Assembly: GCA_017609645.1 (NCBI GenBank)
Contig: JAFCDQ010000002.1
Location: 1,260 to 65,259 of the forward strand
DNA from: Candidatus Woesearchaeota archaeon
GTDB taxonomy: Archaea; Nanobdellota; Nanobdellia; Woesearchaeales; ARS49
Length of the DNA: 64,000 bases
Direction: 5' to 3'
The notes beneath the pieces were generated by a model, which did no database searches, was not told the DNA's origin, and saw only the letters and a list, made by a program, of their open reading frames with translations. The position numbers were made by a program, and so were the translations under genes. Shown here one piece after another: positions 20,332-29,284 of the stretch. Each line of letters starts with the position of its first letter. Position 1 is the stretch's first letter.

Positions 20332-20742
20332 ATGGCAAGAAAACCAAAGCCAGCAGGAGATTCTAAAACAGACAAATTTATTGATTGGAGTAATCATTTA
20401 ATCAATGCATCAAGAAAAAGATTAATTCTAGTAAGCAAGAAAAAAGATTTGGATGTTTTGAAAACTTTTGGAGTGCATCATGTTTATTGGGTTAAGAAAC
20501 CATTATACAAAGCACTTGATGCCATAGTTGAAATAAATAAAGACTGTATTTTATTATTTGATACTGGGAAAGCAGGAAATGAAATAGCTGAAAAGTTCAA
20601 AACATTATTAGAACAGAATGGCGTAAAAGTTAGTGCAGGATATAGAAAATATTTACTTGTAGAACATATTCAAGATGTTTCTAACGTGTTTAAGCATGCA
20701 ATGAGAAGAGCAGGAACAGACAGAAAAATACCTAAATTTTAA
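20332..20742 (+). CDS. Small TOPRIM-like protein with degenerate catalytic motifs
   Basis: LILVSKKKD and ILLFDTGKAG correspond to the IIVEGKKD and ILTDxDxxG patterns of small archaeal TOPRIM proteins. Confidence 0.6.
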   Translation: MARKPKPAGDSKTDKFIDWSNHLINASRKRLILVSKKKDLDVLKTFGVHHVYWVKKPLYKALDAIVEINKDCILLFDTGKAGNEIAEKFKTLLEQNGVKVSAGYRKYLLVEHIQDVSNVFKHAMRRAGTDRKIPKF

Positions 20743-21197
20743 CCTAATCTTTCATAAACTTCATTTACAAAATCTTCCATCCAATTCTCATTTAAATTCT
20801 CAACAACACAAACCATTTCATCTTTAACTAAATTAGTTTCATCAATTTTTTCTTGAAGTTTTTCACATAATCCTTTGCCAAAATCAGTTCCTTGCAACAA
20901 ATTTATTTTATTTTCTTTGAAATATTCAGGTTTAACACAATAACTCAACTCATTTTCAGTAATTCTTATGCTGAAATTATTATTTATGTCAGAGAAATAA
21001 ATTTTTGCTTCTCTTAAAGCATAAGTTCCTTTAAATTGATCATTTTTAGAATTAATAAACCAGCCTTTTTTGCTTCTTTGTATATCAAAAGCTTGTTCAA
21101 ATATCTCATAAACTTCAAGCAATTTTATTCTCTCATCTATATAATCCTGATCTTCTTCACTTAATACATATTTTATGAAATCAGACATATCTTTCAT
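20739..21197 (-). CDS. Hypothetical protein
   Basis: 152 aa ORF with an upstream AT-rich promoter. Confidence 0.6.
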   Translation of the reverse strand: MKDMSDFIKYVLSEEDQDYIDERIKLLEVYEIFEQAFDIQRSKKGWFINSKNDQFKGTYALREAKIYFSDINNNFSIRITENELSYCVKPEYFKENKINLLQGTDFGKGLCEKLQEKIDETNLVKDEMVCVVENLNENWMEDFVNEVYERLG

Positions 21198-21239
21198 AGT
21201 AATTAAAAAATAATTAGAAATGATTTAAAAGATTTTTGT

Positions 21240-21611
21240 TTATTTTTCTTTTTTCTTGAAGAAAAGCCAATTCTTAGGCGGTCTGAATTTAATCAAACAA
21301 AAAGTTCCTTTAAGCTTTTTTCCAGAAATTTTCGTTATAATCTCCGTGCTTGTCCATTTTTCAGGCTCATGAGTTCCAATATCCCAAACTTTAACAGTTC
21401 CTGCACCATACTGCCCTTCTGGAATTTTTCCCTCAAAATTATAATAATCCAAAGGATGATTAGTAGTTTGAACAGCTAAACGTTTTTCTTTAGGCTCTGG
21501 TTTTTTAGGAATTGCCCAGCTCTTTAATGTTCCATTATGCTCTAATCTTAAATCCCAATGCAAATGACTAGCATTGTGTTTTTGAATAGAATACTTTAAT
21601 TTTTTAGACAT
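21240..21611 (-). CDS. Stand-alone LigD-type 3'-phosphoesterase
   Basis: QKHNASHLHWDLRLE, SWAIPK, HPLDY..FEG..YGAG.V.VWD motifs. Confidence 0.92.
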   Translation of the reverse strand: MSKKLKYSIQKHNASHLHWDLRLEHNGTLKSWAIPKKPEPKEKRLAVQTTNHPLDYYNFEGKIPEGQYGAGTVKVWDIGTHEPEKWTSTEIITKISGKKLKGTFCLIKFRPPKNWLFFKKKEK

Positions 21612-21738
21612 AAAATAAATAAAGCGTTTTAAACTTAAAAATGTTTTCATAATATTTGCTAGTAATTATAAGTAATTACAAAAAGTTTTTTAAAGATTAA
21701 AATCTATAAAATAAATAGTTAAAAACGGGGGTGTTTAA

Positions 21739-23037
21739 ATGAAAAAAATTCTTTTGTTAGTTTTATTACTTTTAATATTATTTGTTGTTAATGCAAGTGC
21801 TTATACAAGTCCTGTTCCGATGGATAGTTGGAATCTTGATGATTTAGGCGGCAATGTTATTAATACTACAAGTTTTACGAAAGACCATGACTTATCTCTT
21901 GTAGGAGACGCGGGAGGAATATTATTTAGTCCTCAAAACGCTTATGGATTTTATACTGAACTAGAAGAAGGGGCTAATTTCCCAAACAAATCGGCATATT
22001 ATAGTGTAAATAATAATGATTTTTTTAATTTTAATCAAAGTATGCCTTTCACTATTGAAATGTGGTTTAGAACCAGCGAGGACATAACTAATCAACAAGT
22101 TCTGATAAACAAAGGACAATTAGGTAGTTGGAATTGTGGTTTTTTAGTTCGTATTATGAATAATAAAATGTATTTTTGCACAAAGGGAGGATGTGACGTT
22201 CCTAATGACATAGCGAGTTCAGCTAATTTAAAAATTAATCACACTTATCATATGGTTTTTGTTCATAATGCTGCTGCTGATGGTGTAGGAAATAGTAGTA
22301 TTTGGATTAATGGAACAATAGATAACAGTGCAATTAAAAACAGTCCTAGTAATAGTAGTTTAAGAGAGACTATGTATATTGGAGCGCGATGGCACGCTGC
22401 AACTAATTTTTTAGAAGGCCAAATTTATTATGCAACAATATATGATAAAGCATTAAATCAAACAACAATAGCAAATTTATATAGTTCTCATTCTCAATAT
22501 TCCCAATATTCTCCTCCGCCTCCTGCGGAAGAAAACAGAACAGGCAATGTTACTGGTTGGGGTTTAGCAAATTACATTGCTATTTGGAATGCTAATTATA
22601 ACATCACTCATGACACAAATTTATATTGGGACTTCGCAAACAACAGACTAGGAATAAGAACAACAACACCAGCACATGCATTAGATGTTAATGGAGATGT
22701 TAGTGCTGATTCTTTTATCGGAGACGGAAGCGCATTAACAGGAATATCGACAGGAGCTGCCGCACCAAATTATGACAGCGGCTGGGTAAACATCAGTCAA
22801 TCAGAAAGCAAATGGATAACACATAATACTGGCGGAGATGTTGACGATTATATTGTTGATGTATCTGCAAAGTCAGCAACTTATGGAGTAAACCAAATAA
22901 ACTACGGAACAAGACAACTATCATACGGAACAGCAGGATACAGATGGGAAAACCTCAACACAACAAAAATCAAAGTGTTGAGAACTTCAAATGACGTATC
23001 TGCAGAACAAATAAGAGTAAGAATCTGGAAATATTAA
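21739..23037 (+). CDS. Secreted LamG/concanavalin-like protein with tail-fibre-like C-terminal region
   Basis: Signal peptide; FTIEMWF, YHMVFV, IWING, YIGA, IYDKAL LamG motifs; RLGIRTTTPAHALDVNG repeat unit. Confidence 0.8.
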   Translation: MKKILLLVLLLLILFVVNASAYTSPVPMDSWNLDDLGGNVINTTSFTKDHDLSLVGDAGGILFSPQNAYGFYTELEEGANFPNKSAYYSVNNNDFFNFNQSMPFTIEMWFRTSEDITNQQVLINKGQLGSWNCGFLVRIMNNKMYFCTKGGCDVPNDIASSANLKINHTYHMVFVHNAAADGVGNSSIWINGTIDNSAIKNSPSNSSLRETMYIGARWHAATNFLEGQIYYATIYDKALNQTTIANLYSSHSQYSQYSPPPPAEENRTGNVTGWGLANYIAIWNANYNITHDTNLYWDFANNRLGIRTTTPAHALDVNGDVSADSFIGDGSALTGISTGAAAPNYDSGWVNISQSESKWITHNTGGDVDDYIVDVSAKSATYGVNQINYGTRQLSYGTAGYRWENLNTTKIKVLRTSNDVSAEQIRVRIWKY

Positions 23038-23050
23038 ATTTTTTTATTTT

Positions 23051-23698
23051 TTATTTATTTAATCTTAATTCAGGAGCTGGTTTTTTAGGTTTTTCTTCTT
23101 TCTTAGGTTCTGGTTTTTTCTCAACTGTTTTTTCTTCTTTAGGAGTTTCTTTCTTAGGTTCTGGTTTTTTCTCTTCTACTTTTGGCGTTTCTATCTTTTT
23201 CTCAACTGGTTTTTCTTCTTTAGGAGTTTCTTTCTTAGGCTCTTCTTTTACTTCGGTTTTAGGAACTTCTTTAGCTAGTTCTTTCTTAGGTTCTGTTTTC
23301 TCTACTGGTTTTTCTGTTACTTCAGGCTTTTTCTCTTCTGTTTTAGGAGTTTCAGCAGGTTTCTCTTCTTTTACTTCCTTCTTTTCTTCTTTCTTAGCTT
23401 TCTTTTTCTTTTTTCCTTTTTCTTCTTCAAGAATTATCTTCTTACCAAATAATTGAGCATGAATAATACCTTTCTCATCTTTAATAGTTAAAACCTTAAT
23501 CTTTCCAGGAGGATTCTTAATTCCATCTTTCCACAATTCTTCATTCAATTCTTTCAAAATTCTAACATCGTCTCCTTTCATATGTTTACTCAGGAATTGA
23601 CGAAGAGCTGACACTGCTTTTTTCGTTCTCTTATAACGAGGAGATTTCAACCATTCTTTCCTCAAAGGAATAACATAAGTTCTTTCTAATTTAGCCAT
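23051..23698 (-). CDS. rpl31e: 50S ribosomal protein L31e with long K/E/P-rich C-terminal extension
   Basis: ERTYVIPLR, FLSKHMK, LNEELWKDGIKNPP motifs; about 125 aa low-complexity tail. Confidence 0.93.
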   Translation of the reverse strand: MAKLERTYVIPLRKEWLKSPRYKRTKKAVSALRQFLSKHMKGDDVRILKELNEELWKDGIKNPPGKIKVLTIKDEKGIIHAQLFGKKIILEEEKGKKKKKAKKEEKKEVKEEKPAETPKTEEKKPEVTEKPVEKTEPKKELAKEVPKTEVKEEPKKETPKEEKPVEKKIETPKVEEKKPEPKKETPKEEKTVEKKPEPKKEEKPKKPAPELRLNK

Positions 23699-23703
23699 TA
23701 TAA

Positions 23704-23877
23704 TCACGCTTTAAGTTTAGTTCTTCTCCAGCTTCTCTTAACAGTTGTAATCCTAGACGGATGCACTTTCCTTGTCTTACCAAACTTTCTCAAAACAGCC
23801 CAGTAAGGCGCCCATCTAGTCTGACGTCCTGCCTTCACAAGGCGCTTTTTTCTTGAAGGATGTTTGTATCTTGCCAT
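23704..23877 (-). CDS. rpl39e: 50S ribosomal protein L39e
   Basis: MARYKHPSRKKRL...APYW...RSWRRTKLK; lies between rps19e and rpl31e. Confidence 0.92.
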   Translation of the reverse strand: MARYKHPSRKKRLVKAGRQTRWAPYWAVLRKFGKTRKVHPSRITTVKRSWRRTKLKA

Positions 23878-23878
23878 T

Positions 23879-24481
23879 TTATTTCTTTTTCCTTCCGCCT
23901 TTTCTTTGAACTGGTTTTCTTCTAGTATCTCTGTCAGAACCTCTTCTGTCTCTTCTAAAGTCTCGCCTATATTCAATTTTTTTCTTAGGCTGTTCTTTTT
24001 TAGGAATAATTCTTTCAGGAACTTTAATCTCTTGCATTTGAATCTTCTCAGGAGGATTATCTTTCAAAATTTGGGCAGCAGTCTTATCTAACAAACTAAT
24101 GCCTTGAGAAGTCGCAATTCTTCCTTTGTAAACATCTTTCTCAGCTTTTTTTGCCAAACCTGCTTTCTCTAACTGCTGCAAAAGTTTTCTTATAATATTT
24201 CCGCCAGCTTTAGTAGATCTCTCAGGAGCAAAACCCATATTTTTTCTGCAACCAAAAGCAACCTTTAACTTATTAACACCAATAGGACCTTTAATCATTA
24301 ATTTCCGCAAAATAGAAGCTGCGCGAACATGCCACCAATCTTCCTGAACAGGAGGCCTTTCTTTACCATGACCAGTTCTAACAAACTTAGCCCATTCAGG
24401 AGGCTTAATATGCTCGTTTTCTTTTAGTTTTTCAGCTGTCTTGATTATAAGTTCAGTTGGATTAACCTCAAATATTGCCAT
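23879..24481 (-). CDS. rps19e: 30S ribosomal protein S19e
   Basis: PPEWAKFVRTG..KERPP..DWW..RAASILRK and IIRKLLQQLE motifs. Confidence 0.96.
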   Translation of the reverse strand: MAIFEVNPTELIIKTAEKLKENEHIKPPEWAKFVRTGHGKERPPVQEDWWHVRAASILRKLMIKGPIGVNKLKVAFGCRKNMGFAPERSTKAGGNIIRKLLQQLEKAGLAKKAEKDVYKGRIATSQGISLLDKTAAQILKDNPPEKIQMQEIKVPERIIPKKEQPKKKIEYRRDFRRDRRGSDRDTRRKPVQRKGGRKKK

Positions 24482-24565
24482 GTCGTAACCTCGCGGTCTT
24501 TTATGGATGTTCTGAAAAATCATCCAGAATAACCCTTAGAATCAAGGGGTTATTTATAAAGTTTT

Positions 24566-25630
24566 TTATTTTATCTTCTTAACTTCAATAGTCTGAGTAG
24601 GGAAAGCCATATCAATCTTAGCCTTATCAAACTCTTCCATAATCATCATATTAACTTCATCCTTAACTTCAAGAATTTCTTCAGCAGTAATCCAGTATAT
24701 AACTAACAAATTTTTTGAAAAATCACCAAACTCTGTGAATGCAATATTAATTTTATCAGAATCAACACCTTTTTGCTGTGTAAGAATATTCCTTAAAATC
24801 TCTTTAGCTTTATTCATTTTTTTGCTATCAGTATCATAAGTCAAACCAATAGTCATCTTAACTTTTCTAGCCCATTCTTGACTTACATTTTCAACAATAT
24901 TATCAGTGAATTTAGCATTAGGCACATACAACATCCGTCCTTCCAAAGTCTTGATTTTAGTTGTTCTTAAATTAATTTCTTCAACAGTGCCATCTTTATC
25001 ATTAATTTTAATCCTCTGACCAACCTTAAAAGGCTTGTCAAAAATAATTGTAACAGAGCCAAACAAATTGCTCAATAAATCTTTTGCAGCCAGAGCAAAA
25101 GCTAATCCTCCTATTCCTAAACCTGCTAAAAGAGGTCCAATCTCCTGACCAAAATGATTAAGAATCATAATAAATGCAATTACATAAATAGAAATTGAAA
25201 TCAATTTTCTTAAAATTGGAATAAGATGATCATCAAGATCTGTTTCTGTCTTAGAAGCTAAAGGAGTAACATAAGTTTCAATAAGTGCTCTGCAGAATTT
25301 TGACAAAACCCAAGCAATAGTCAATACAAGAAGCATATACATCAAATGCCCAAAATATATTGGAATCTTAGGATAATTTGGGAATTGAAGCAAATTAAAA
25401 CCAATATTAATTGCAATCAGTATAATAAAAATAACAGCAGGCTTTTCTAAAGTATGGACAAGTATATCATCAAACTTTGTTTTTGATTTTGCAGTTGCTT
25501 TTTTAACAATTTTTTGAATAACCCAATATAAAATTTTGCCAAGAATAACTCCTGCAATAGCTATTCCTAAGAAAATTAAATAATTGAGTAAATAATTATC
25601 AAAATAAATATTGAATAAAATATTACTCAT
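24566..25630 (-). CDS. Small-conductance mechanosensitive channel (MscS family)
   Basis: LLAGLGIGGLAFALAAKD, DKPFKVG, GTVEEINLRTT, VPNAKF, AFPT motifs. Confidence 0.93.
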   Translation of the reverse strand: MSNILFNIYFDNYLLNYLIFLGIAIAGVILGKILYWVIQKIVKKATAKSKTKFDDILVHTLEKPAVIFIILIAINIGFNLLQFPNYPKIPIYFGHLMYMLLVLTIAWVLSKFCRALIETYVTPLASKTETDLDDHLIPILRKLISISIYVIAFIMILNHFGQEIGPLLAGLGIGGLAFALAAKDLLSNLFGSVTIIFDKPFKVGQRIKINDKDGTVEEINLRTTKIKTLEGRMLYVPNAKFTDNIVENVSQEWARKVKMTIGLTYDTDSKKMNKAKEILRNILTQQKGVDSDKINIAFTEFGDFSKNLLVIYWITAEEILEVKDEVNMMIMEEFDKAKIDMAFPTQTIEVKKIK

Positions 25631-25856
25631 CTTTTGCTACTGTTTCTTCTTCTGTTTCTTCTTCTGTTTCGTCTTCGTCATCAAACTCTTCAAGTTTCTT
25701 GTCAAGCTCTTCTTCTGTTACTACTTTTTTTTCAATCAATAAGTCAATCAGAGCATTTATCATCAAATGATTAGTTTCAACCAGCTCTTCTGTTGACATA
25801 TCTTCTTCTTCACAAGCACATTCTTCTTTTCCACATTCTTCACATTTTTCTTCCAT
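25623..25856 (-). CDS. Small acidic protein
   Basis: 77 aa with ALIDLLIEKKV core; SD GGAG upstream. Confidence 0.7.
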   Translation of the reverse strand: MEEKCEECGKEECACEEEDMSTEELVETNHLMINALIDLLIEKKVVTEEELDKKLEEFDDEDETEEETEEETVAKDE

Positions 25857-25868
25857 TTTAATTCCTCC

Positions 25869-26588
25869 CTATCCTAAATTTAATTCTTTTTTAAGAAATT
25901 CAAGCTCCTTTTTTAATGCTTTTGCATCTTCATACTGCCCCTCAATAATTATAGGCACATTTTTTTCTGAACATATTTTTCCAGCAAGACCTAGTATTGC
26001 GTCTTTATTATCTGCTTGATGAACTAAAACATGATTTTTTTCACCAGATTCTCCGCTTATATGAATATGAGACAATTTATCTTTAGTCATTTCATATAAA
26101 TATTCAGCATATCCCATGCTAGAATCAGACTCATAAGCATGCTGCAAATCTAAAACAAAACGTAAATCATCAAACTTATCAAGCAAAGCTTCTAATTCAG
26201 CAATAACTTTGCCTTGTGTCTGCCTTTGATCCATATTTTCTATAGCAAGAGTAAGATTTTCAGAAATTAGTTCTTCATAATAGTTTTCAGGTACATCAAC
26301 AGGATGAAGAACAGCTATTTTTATATCATGCTTGTCAATTATTTTTTTTGCAAAAGAAACATTATTTTCAAAACTTCTGCCAGCATCAAAATTAGGAAGA
26401 TGAAGAGAATTATTATCAAAATAAGTGAAGGTTTGGTTTAACAAAGCAGACATTGTTTTAATTTTCCAAGCAGAATAAATTTCTATTGTATTAAGTCCTC
26501 CTTGTTTTAGAATCTCTTCTTGTGCAGATAAATCAAAAATGTCTGCATCATACAACCATCCTGTTGAAGCGCCTATTCTTGTTTGCAT
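25869..26588 (-). CDS. Xylose isomerase/endonuclease IV-like TIM-barrel protein
   Basis: SLHLP, VLHP, AIENM, LDLQHA, HIHIS, IIIE metal-binding pattern. Confidence 0.8.
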   Translation of the reverse strand: MQTRIGASTGWLYDADIFDLSAQEEILKQGGLNTIEIYSAWKIKTMSALLNQTFTYFDNNSLHLPNFDAGRSFENNVSFAKKIIDKHDIKIAVLHPVDVPENYYEELISENLTLAIENMDQRQTQGKVIAELEALLDKFDDLRFVLDLQHAYESDSSMGYAEYLYEMTKDKLSHIHISGESGEKNHVLVHQADNKDAILGLAGKICSEKNVPIIIEGQYEDAKALKKELEFLKKELNLG

Positions 26589-26703
26589 TAGCTAAAAAAC
26601 ACTAAATTCTTTTATAAAGCTTTTTATTTGACCACTATTCTAAAGTGGTGCTAAAACAATAAATATTTAAACATTAATATATTATTAAAAAAAGGTGATA
26701 GGT

Positions 26704-26817
26704 TTGGCTAAAAAAAACTTTTTTGAAACATTTTGTAAAAAGCTAGAAACAACAAAAGAAGTACCATTTAAAGGCTTAACAACAAAAGAAATCAAAAAAT
26801 TAATTAGAAGTTCTTAA
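26704..26817 (+). CDS. Putative 37-aa basic micro-protein
   Basis: TATA-like box, SD AGGTGA, TTG start: MAKKNFFETFCKKLETTKEVPFKGLTTKEIKKLIRSS. Confidence 0.45.
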   Translation: MAKKNFFETFCKKLETTKEVPFKGLTTKEIKKLIRSS

Positions 26818-27291
26818 ATTAACTAATTTTAATCCTTTTTCTTTACAATAGCTTATAATATCCCTTGAATCAAAATCTCCATCAAAAAAAGATAATCTCT
26901 TTCCTCCTTTACAAATGGCAGTAGCTAAAATTAATGCATCTGGATGTTTTATTCTATAATCAATTTCTTGTATTTTTTCGATTGTTTTGTGTATTTTTTC
27001 GTCTGAATGATATATTACTGCCCCTTCCTTTAACCAATGTAAAAGAGAAAGAACAGCATTTTGTTTTATTTCCGAACTATAATCCGATTCCGCTATTGCC
27101 TTTATCGATTCACCCAAAGAAAGAACACTAATACCTAATCTAGGTTTTTTATTGTAAATAGACTCACGTATCAATTTTGTTGCTTTCTCATAGTTTTCTT
27201 GGTTAAATAAATGCTCTATTAATATCGAAGTATCTATATGATGAACACCATCAAAAGGATTCTCTTTCTTGATCTTTTTTCTTGACCCCAT
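26800..27291 (-). CDS. PIN domain (VapC-like) ribonuclease
   Basis: IDTSILI, SLGE, DALILATA, FFDGDF acidic tetrad. Start corrected to MGSRKK downstream of the tRNA. Confidence 0.85.
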   Translation of the reverse strand: MGSRKKIKKENPFDGVHHIDTSILIEHLFNQENYEKATKLIRESIYNKKPRLGISVLSLGESIKAIAESDYSSEIKQNAVLSLLHWLKEGAVIYHSDEKIHKTIEKIQEIDYRIKHPDALILATAICKGGKRLSFFDGDFDSRDIISYCKEKGLKLVNLRTSN

Positions 27292-27311
27292 AACTTCAAC
27301 TCTTTTTTGAA

Positions 27312-27383
27312 AGCCTCTAGCGAGAGTTGAACTCGCGACCTCTACCTTACCAAGGTAGCGCTCTACCACTGAGCTACAGAGGC
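27312..27383 (-). tRNA. tRNA-Thr(GGU)
   Basis: GCCTCTG...CTACC-TTGGTAA-GGTAG...GCGAG-TTCAACT-CTCGC-TAGAGGC cloverleaf. Confidence 0.95.
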
Positions 27384-27496
27384 GTAAAGAGATGAAAAGT
27401 TGTTTTATTTTTAAAGTTTTAGGGTAAAATAAAGGAAAAAATATAAGATAAACATTTTTATAGATTGATTCTTTACATATTTTTGGAGGGGAGAAA

Positions 27497-27721
27497 ATGA
27501 AAGCATTTGTACAAGTCGCAACCACTGGAAATGAAGGAAAAATAAATGAGAGCCTGAAGAACTTGTCAGAAGTACAAGAAGTCTATATGTTGTTTGGAGA
27601 ATGGGATTTCTTAGCATTAGTCGAAATAGCAAATGCAGAACAATTAGCAGCATTTGTTGTCGATAAAATAAGAAACCTGCAAGGAGTCAGATTAACAAGC
27701 ACAATGATTTGTGTAAAATAA
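27497..27721 (+). CDS. Stand-alone Lrp/AsnC ligand-binding (RAM) domain protein
   Basis: EVYMLFGEWDFLA..IR..GV.LTST pattern; no HTH domain. Confidence 0.88.
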   Translation: MKAFVQVATTGNEGKINESLKNLSEVQEVYMLFGEWDFLALVEIANAEQLAAFVVDKIRNLQGVRLTSTMICVK

Positions 27722-27722
27722 A

Positions 27723-28433
27723 TTATTTTTTTTGTGAGAATAATTTATTAGCTTCTTCATATTGTTCAGGTGAACCAATGTCAATCCAAGTATCATTAAA
27801 TACTGTGCCGTAAACTTCAGTTCTTTCACATAAGCTAATTATAAACAAACCAGCGTCTTCTTTTGAATTAAATGTTTTCAAGAAATCAACATCATCTTTT
27901 TTCAAGTAATAAATCAAAGTAGCAGCTAAAGCACTTTTAGGATTTTTAGGTTTTTCCTCAAAATTAATTATTTTATTGTTTTCATCTAAAAGTATTGTTC
28001 CAAACTTTTTTGAAAGTTTAGCAGGATCTTTTAAGTCTATAACACCTATACTTGAACCTGGCCAAGTTAGAATCTTAGAAATATCAAACTCAAACAAGTT
28101 ATCTCCTGCAATAATTAAAACATCTTCTTGAATATTTAATTTATTAACAGCAAAATGCATATCGCCGACTCCGCCAAGCCTATTTTCATTGCAAGTAGAG
28201 CCATCATTTATCAAAGTTATTTTCTTGTTTGAATGCTTATTTTTCCACTCAAGAAATTCATTATAGAACTTATCATTTGTAACAACAACAATCTCATCAA
28301 CTAAATTGTCTATTCGATCTATGATATATTCTATAACAGGCTTGCCTGCGATTAGTAACAAAGGTTTTGGCGTGTTTATTCCTAATTCTTTTAACCTCGT
28401 TCCGTAACCTGCAGCTAAAATTATTCCTTTCAT
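27723..28433 (-). CDS. Sugar-phosphate nucleotidyltransferase
   Basis: IILAAGYGTRL, PKPLL, AGDN, FEEKP, WIDIG motifs. Confidence 0.92.
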   Translation of the reverse strand: MKGIILAAGYGTRLKELGINTPKPLLLIAGKPVIEYIIDRIDNLVDEIVVVTNDKFYNEFLEWKNKHSNKKITLINDGSTCNENRLGGVGDMHFAVNKLNIQEDVLIIAGDNLFEFDISKILTWPGSSIGVIDLKDPAKLSKKFGTILLDENNKIINFEEKPKNPKSALAATLIYYLKKDDVDFLKTFNSKEDAGLFIISLCERTEVYGTVFNDTWIDIGSPEQYEEANKLFSQKK

Positions 28434-28543
28434 ATTGAGAATAAATCTCCAAGGCTTTATAAAGGTTTTGTTTTTGTCATCATTCAATAGTGAAAAAGGA
28501 TGTAAAGAAAACTATATATAGTATAAATTAATTTGAAAATAAT

Positions 28544-29284
28544 ATGAAAAAGAGTGTACTCATCATATTAACTGTTTTATTATGCACAGCAGCGTTTGCA
28601 GCGCATCTTTCTGACTATCCCCACATCTTTGCACATAATGGCATATTTGATCCAATATATGTAATAGGTGTTGAAGCACCAAGTTTAGATGTTATCAGTG
28701 CCACAGCATTATCCTCAGGAATATCAAAATATCCCCAACTTAAAGTAAAAATAGGAACATCAAAAATAGATATGGAAATTTCTGATGTCAAAACATACAA
28801 TGCAATAGTAATAGGCAATCCTTGCATCAATAGAGCTGCTGCACAACTTGAAGGAAATCCAGAATTCTGCTTTGAAGGACTGGAAGGAGGAAAAGGATAC
28901 GCCAAGTTTTTTACAAATAACGGCAAACTACAATTATTAATAACAGGCATCAGCGCAAAAGACAGAAAAAAAATGGCAGAATTCTTAGCAGAAGGATATT
29001 TAGGCAACTTAAATGTTCAAAGCTTCACATTAACAACAAACTCAGGATCTAAAACACCAGAAAGACCTGTATTGCTTTCTGTCTCAAATGAAAACGAAGA
29101 AAATCAAGAAATAGAAATAGAAGAAGTTGAAATAAATCTAGAAAAAGAAATAAAAGAAGCAAAGCCTAAGGAAACAAAAATAACTATTGAAGAAGAAATT
29201 GAAGAAAAACCTGTCGAGAAAAAAGGATTTTTCAGAAGAATAATTGATGGAATAGCTAATTTCTTTAAGAATTTATTTAACTAA
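28544..29284 (+). CDS. Secreted S-layer-like protein
   Basis: Signal peptide, IVIGNPCINR motif, acidic linker and amphipathic C-terminal helix. Confidence 0.65.
   Translation: MKKSVLIILTVLLCTAAFAAHLSDYPHIFAHNGIFDPIYVIGVEAPSLDVISATALSSGISKYPQLKVKIGTSKIDMEISDVKTYNAIVIGNPCINRAAAQLEGNPEFCFEGLEGGKGYAKFFTNNGKLQLLITGISAKDRKKMAEFLAEGYLGNLNVQSFTLTTNSGSKTPERPVLLSVSNENEENQEIEIEEVEINLEKEIKEAKPKETKITIEEEIEEKPVEKKGFFRRIIDGIANFFKNLFN

Noticed and set aside
23878-23976. N-terminal extension of rpl39e in the ORF track
   Set aside because: It overlaps rps19e in another frame; eL39 homology begins at 23877.
26631-26649. ACCACT-N7-AGTGGT inverted repeat, with a similar one near 29851-29866
   Set aside because: Short, with different spacing; it may be an operator but cannot be assigned.
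27292-27525. N-terminal extension of the PIN ORF in the ORF track
   Set aside because: It reads through the tRNA-Thr gene; the true start is 27291.
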